A stretch of DNA of 28,729 bases from NCBI GenBank assembly GCA_039935755.1, contig JBDTJP010000081.1, forward strand, positions 1-28,729, read 5' to 3'. Every line of letters begins with the position of its first letter. Position 1 is the stretch's first letter. The notes under the pieces were generated by a model, which saw nothing but the letters and a program-made list of their open reading frames with translations, was not told the origin of the DNA and did not search any database. The position numbers and the translations under genes are program-made. Shown here one piece after another: positions 24,800-28,729 of the stretch. This DNA comes from Candidatus Saccharimonadales bacterium. Lineage in GTDB: Bacteria; Patescibacteriota; Saccharimonadia; Saccharimonadales; JBDTJP01.

Positions 24800-26587
24800 A
24801 TGATTAACCGGACTACTAAACTCCGATGGCGTCGCAAGTTCAGGCGTCGCCGCCGACAGGTCGAGGATATGGGCTTTCAAGCCGAAGATAATCTAGAAAA
24901 ACACTTTTTTAGACGTATGGCCAGGCTATTTAATGTCAGGCGTTTTGTTATCGGCTGGGTAACACTACTTGGTTTACTTATATTTGCAGTCACGATACAA
25001 ATAACATCATTGAAGGGATACTACCAAGAGCTTCAGCCAACAACAGGCGGCACGTATACGGAAGGTATGGTCGGCTCATTTACGAACGCTAATCCAATTT
25101 ACGCGGTCGGTCCAGTAGACACGTCTGTGTCCAGACTTATATTCGCAGGACTGCTAAAGTATGATAATAAAAATAAACTGACTGGTGACTTAGCCCAAAA
25201 GTGGGATATCAGTGCAGACGGAAAAACATATACAGTGGTGCTTAAACCAAATTTGACTTGGCAGGATGGTCAGCCTCTAACCGCTGACGATGTTGTCTTC
25301 ACCTATAAGACTATCCAGAACCCTGACGCTGCCTCTCCGTTCTTGCGCAGTTGGCAGGGAATTGAGGTTAAGGCGCTAGACAAGCAGACGATAACTTTCA
25401 CGCTACCAAATATATTAGCGCCGTTTCTTGATAGTCTAACAGCCGGGATTGTGCCTAAGCATAGCCTTGATCGCATTAACGTAAGCCAACTACGCTCAGC
25501 ATCATTTAATACCAGTAAGCCAATAGGCTCCGGTCCGTTTATGTGGGATGTGATTGAGGTAGTTGATACAAAGTCGTCATCGAGTGAACAGCATATAGGT
25601 CTCAAAGCATTTAGCGGCTATAACGGTGGAAAACCGAAGCTTCAGAGTTTTGTAATTAAAGCTTATCCGGATGAACAACGGCTCATAACGAGTTTTAAGC
25701 GCAAGGAAGTTGACGCTTTAGTTGGACTAGATAGACGACCTGATGAGCTTGAAAAAGCCAGCAATGTAAACTATATGAACATACCATTGACTGCCGAAGT
25801 GATGGCATTTTTGAGGACTGATAGTGCTATGCTAAATGAGGCAAAGACTAGGCAGGCCTTATTGCAGTCCATCAATATTCCTGAAATGCTAAAAGGGCTA
25901 TCGTATCCAGTAGTTGCAGCCGATGAGCCGTTTCTGAGATCCCAATTTGCTTATGATGCCAAGCTTAAACAATACGGTCTTTCAGTGGAGAGGGCCAAGC
26001 TTTTACTGGCTTCAGCTGGCTGGGATAGAAAAACACCAAAAGCAACCGTAGCAAAGGGCGACGCTAAGTTAGTCATAAAACTTGTAGCTCAAAACACTCC
26101 AGATTACGCGTACATTACACAAAAACTTCAAAAGGCTTGGTCGGCGATTGGTGTAGAGACTCAAGTTACTCTGCTCGGTAATACGGACTTACAAACAGCA
26201 ATTAGTAATCGTGACTATGACGTTTTACTTAACGGTGTATCGATTGGTTCAGACCCAGATGTGTTCGCATATTGGCATAGCTCTCAAGCCGACCCTAGGT
26301 CTGGGTCTCGCCTTAACTTTTCGAATTATAAGTCTGAAGTTGCGGATAAGTCTCTCGAAGCCGGTCGTAGCCGTCTAGGGGATCAACTCAGAACTATAAA
26401 ATACCAGCCATTCTTACAAGCGTGGCACGACGACACCCCAGCGATAGCGCTATACCAGCCAAGATTTTTGTATATAACCAGAGGGCAGCTCTCCGGATTG
26501 GATAGCCGATCTATAAATACCGCAACAGACCGTTACGCGAATGTCCAAAACTGGATGATTCACGAAACTTATTCGTCCAAAAAATAA
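24800..26587 (+). CDS. Family 5 (OppA/DppA-like) extracellular solute-binding protein with an N-terminal TM anchor
   Basis: DLAQKWDISADGKTYT, TWQDGQPLTADDVVFT and PIGSGPF are family 5 motifs. Arg-rich N-terminus plus TM helix; no lipobox seen. Confidence 0.9.
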   Translation: MINRTTKLRWRRKFRRRRRQVEDMGFQAEDNLEKHFFRRMARLFNVRRFVIGWVTLLGLLIFAVTIQITSLKGYYQELQPTTGGTYTEGMVGSFTNANPIYAVGPVDTSVSRLIFAGLLKYDNKNKLTGDLAQKWDISADGKTYTVVLKPNLTWQDGQPLTADDVVFTYKTIQNPDAASPFLRSWQGIEVKALDKQTITFTLPNILAPFLDSLTAGIVPKHSLDRINVSQLRSASFNTSKPIGSGPFMWDVIEVVDTKSSSSEQHIGLKAFSGYNGGKPKLQSFVIKAYPDEQRLITSFKRKEVDALVGLDRRPDELEKASNVNYMNIPLTAEVMAFLRTDSAMLNEAKTRQALLQSINIPEMLKGLSYPVVAADEPFLRSQFAYDAKLKQYGLSVERAKLLLASAGWDRKTPKATVAKGDAKLVIKLVAQNTPDYAYITQKLQKAWSAIGVETQVTLLGNTDLQTAISNRDYDVLLNGVSIGSDPDVFAYWHSSQADPRSGSRLNFSNYKSEVADKSLEAGRSRLGDQLRTIKYQPFLQAWHDDTPAIALYQPRFLYITRGQLSGLDSRSINTATDRYANVQNWMIHETYSSKK

Positions 26588-26598
26588 CAAGCAAAGCT

Positions 26599-28188
26599 CT
26601 AAAGAGTCTTTACAACGTTACCCAATATATATTTAGCTTGAATCGGTCCGAATGATCTTGAGTCAACCGAGTTAGGTCTGTTATCTCCACACACGAACAC
26701 TTCGTCTGCCTGGAGCGTTATGTCTATCGTTGATGGGCTCATTATGCCATCGTCGAGATGCATGGTTTTTTGCCAAGTTGATCCGGAGTCTGGCTCGTAT
26801 CCAGTAAGGTGCAGTTTGTTGTATATAGTTACGTGTGCGCCTTTTACGACTACGCGCTCGCCAGGTAGCCCAATTACTCGTTTAATTAAGAACTCCGAGC
26901 TTCCACTTGCCTGTGGCTCCATTGCATTCAGTATTCGATTAAGTATCACAACTTCTCCCCGTTTAGGGGTGTAGCCTTTGTTTGTTAATCCGCCCCAGGT
27001 TTGGCCAAGTCGATTTACAACTACCATTTCGCCACTAGCGAATGTAGAGTCCATACTAGGGCCGTCTACTTGCTTGAGGCTCATCCCATAATTATTAACC
27101 AGAACTATAATAGCCAACGACACGAAGGTAATCGGAACTAAGTATGACAATACCTTAATTCCACTTGTTAGCTTGCTGCCTCCCTTATTTATTAATGGGT
27201 GAGTGTGTCTAACTATGAAGGATTGTATACGCTGGCTTAGTAAGGGCTTGTTTGTATAGCTGATTAAGTGGTTTCGTTTCCATAGAGCCCGCTTGTGAAC
27301 TAGACGTATAATTTTTACGAAACTCATAATAACGACTAATACCAAGGAAACTATAAATAAACGCTGAAGTATACCTTTTTGCCCATAGAACATATATATG
27401 AAGAAGTTCTTAGAGTCAAAACTTAACCAGTCTTTGTCGACGTTTTTGGTAACCACAACACGTTGTCCGGATTCGTAGTGAAGTATTGCATTCAAGCTGT
27501 GCTTACCAGGGCTTACGTATCGCATATCAAACGGCCTATAGTCGGTTTTTGCGTATGCCAGATTATTGTCTACGTAATACTGCACTTGATTAAGTGTGTC
27601 GTCGTTAGGGTTGACCGCCCTAACCACAAACAGCGTGTCGCTGCTCCCACTTATAGTGTCTGCGCGTACTGCACCTTGGGCCCCGTTTATTGATACATAA
27701 CATTCGGTTGTAGGCAGGCATGCTGGTTTAGTTTGTGAAACCAAAAGTATGCTTGGCTGGTTAAAGCTTTGTATTATCCCAGAAGATAATGCGGCTAACT
27801 GGAAATTTCCTTTGTCATGTCCGCTGACATTTGCATCGTATGATCCTACTTTCGTCCAGGAGTCACTTCGCAGGACTTGCCTGCCAATATGCAAACAGTC
27901 TTGACTTGTACCGGGCTTAACATATAAATCATCGGTTTCAGTTTCGGATGTTGATCCTAGCCGTGCATAAACATCATAAACATCTTTTTGTACGGAAAAG
28001 CTCGCATTACTACTAAAGCCGACGTTACCACAGCTAGTAGCGGTACCTTGTCCATCCATTGCTGGTGCGTCTGGAAAAGTTTGCGCATATACGGTGACCC
28101 CAAGTAATAAGATGTATATACCCATCAATATGGGTATGAGTAGATATTTTGATTGTCGCTTTTTGGTTTTGTAATTAACGGTAAACAT
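26599..28188 (-). CDS. Signal peptidase I (S26) with a large N-terminal extracellular extension
   Basis: C-terminal S26 motifs VDGPSMDST (Ser), LIKRVIGLPGERV (Lys) and GDNRPNSVDSR. N-terminal signal-like helix, about 230 aa of beta-rich sequence, and two TM helices. Confidence 0.9.
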   Translation of the reverse strand: MFTVNYKTKKRQSKYLLIPILMGIYILLLGVTVYAQTFPDAPAMDGQGTATSCGNVGFSSNASFSVQKDVYDVYARLGSTSETETDDLYVKPGTSQDCLHIGRQVLRSDSWTKVGSYDANVSGHDKGNFQLAALSSGIIQSFNQPSILLVSQTKPACLPTTECYVSINGAQGAVRADTISGSSDTLFVVRAVNPNDDTLNQVQYYVDNNLAYAKTDYRPFDMRYVSPGKHSLNAILHYESGQRVVVTKNVDKDWLSFDSKNFFIYMFYGQKGILQRLFIVSLVLVVIMSFVKIIRLVHKRALWKRNHLISYTNKPLLSQRIQSFIVRHTHPLINKGGSKLTSGIKVLSYLVPITFVSLAIIVLVNNYGMSLKQVDGPSMDSTFASGEMVVVNRLGQTWGGLTNKGYTPKRGEVVILNRILNAMEPQASGSSEFLIKRVIGLPGERVVVKGAHVTIYNKLHLTGYEPDSGSTWQKTMHLDDGIMSPSTIDITLQADEVFVCGDNRPNSVDSRSFGPIQAKYILGNVVKTL

Positions 28189-28230
28189 AACTATTTTTAC
28201 ATTCTAGCTTATATTCCTTGACCAACGAAA

Positions 28231-28259
28231 TTGATTACTTGCAAATCTCATGTTATTAT
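28231..28259 (+). promoter_or_regulatory. Sigma70-type promoter TTGATT-N17-TATTAT with extended TG
   Basis: TTGATT at 28231-28236, TG at 28251-28252, TATTAT at 28254-28259, ATG at 28291. Confidence 0.55.
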
Positions 28260-28290
28260 CAATTTAAATAACTAAACTTAAGGGTTTAAA

Positions 28291-28729
28291 ATGCAAGATA
28301 CAAACAATAATGAAAATAATATTGACACTGATAGTGCCACAGACAACACAAGTACAATTCAAGAACCTATACTATCAAGTGCTGATAAAATAAACCAAAA
28401 GTGGCCAAATTCCTTGTTTAAAAAGATTCGCATGCCTAGCTCACCTAAGAACAAGAGGATTTTTGTTGGCACAAGCGTTGTGTTAGTCGTTCTTGTCGGT
28501 TCTACCGGCTGGTTCTTGTGGCAAAAACACAACAACAACGTCGCTACCCACGCAGCTACAACTAACTATTATGCCTCTACCTGCCGCAAAACCACTAGTG
28601 TAAAAACTAATACTGGTGTAAAAACAGTGAACTCAGACAAATACCTATCATGCATAGATCACTCAGTAGAAGCTAAACTAACTCGTTTATATCTTGGTGC
28701 TTTTAACCGCCAACCAGACGCAAATGGTC
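28291..28729 (+). CDS. Membrane-anchored DUF4214-like surface protein, 3' truncated by the window edge
   Basis: Not in the supplied ORF track. Hand translation gives MQDTNNNENN...KRIFVGTSVVLVVLVGSTGWFLW (TM)...TRLYLGAFNRQPDANG, open to the end. RLY-x-x-x-F-x-R-x-PD-x-x-G is the DUF4214-type motif. Confidence 0.75.
   Translation, partial: MQDTNNNENNIDTDSATDNTSTIQEPILSSADKINQKWPNSLFKKIRMPSSPKNKRIFVGTSVVLVVLVGSTGWFLWQKHNNNVATHAATTNYYASTCRKTTSVKTNTGVKTVNSDKYLSCIDHSVEAKLTRLYLGAFNRQPDANG

Overview
A 28.7-kb, gene-dense chromosomal segment read with the standard bacterial code (TGA is a stop in mltG, sbcB and uvrA). Gene content and order (baseplate-J-like gene, ruvX, mltG, LysM/CHAP; secG next to an orphan peptide-binding protein) suggest a Patescibacteria/CPR genome, most likely Saccharibacteria (TM7); this is an inference. 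Most genes are housekeeping: ruvX, mltG, obg, sbcB, uvrA, dedA, rplY, trhO-like, uvrC, pepP, secG. Also present are an HrpA-like DEAH helicase, two tandem ABC exporters, a Pro-rich membrane protein, a signal peptidase I with a large extracellular N-terminal fusion, and a truncated DUF4214-like surface protein. No rRNA, tRNA, CRISPR array or transposase was seen. The most interesting signals are non-coding. (1) A multi-hairpin 5' leader precedes the LysM/CHAP gene, and parts of it recur just after the stop codon, so the 3' end could pair with the 5' leader. (2) A promoter, strong SD and leader peptide precede the ABC exporter pair. (3) Many genes have a -10 box 6-8 nt upstream of the start codon, the leaderless-mRNA geometry. 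(4) Palindromic, operator-like sites lie in several intergenic gaps. All structural calls were made by eye and need computational confirmation.
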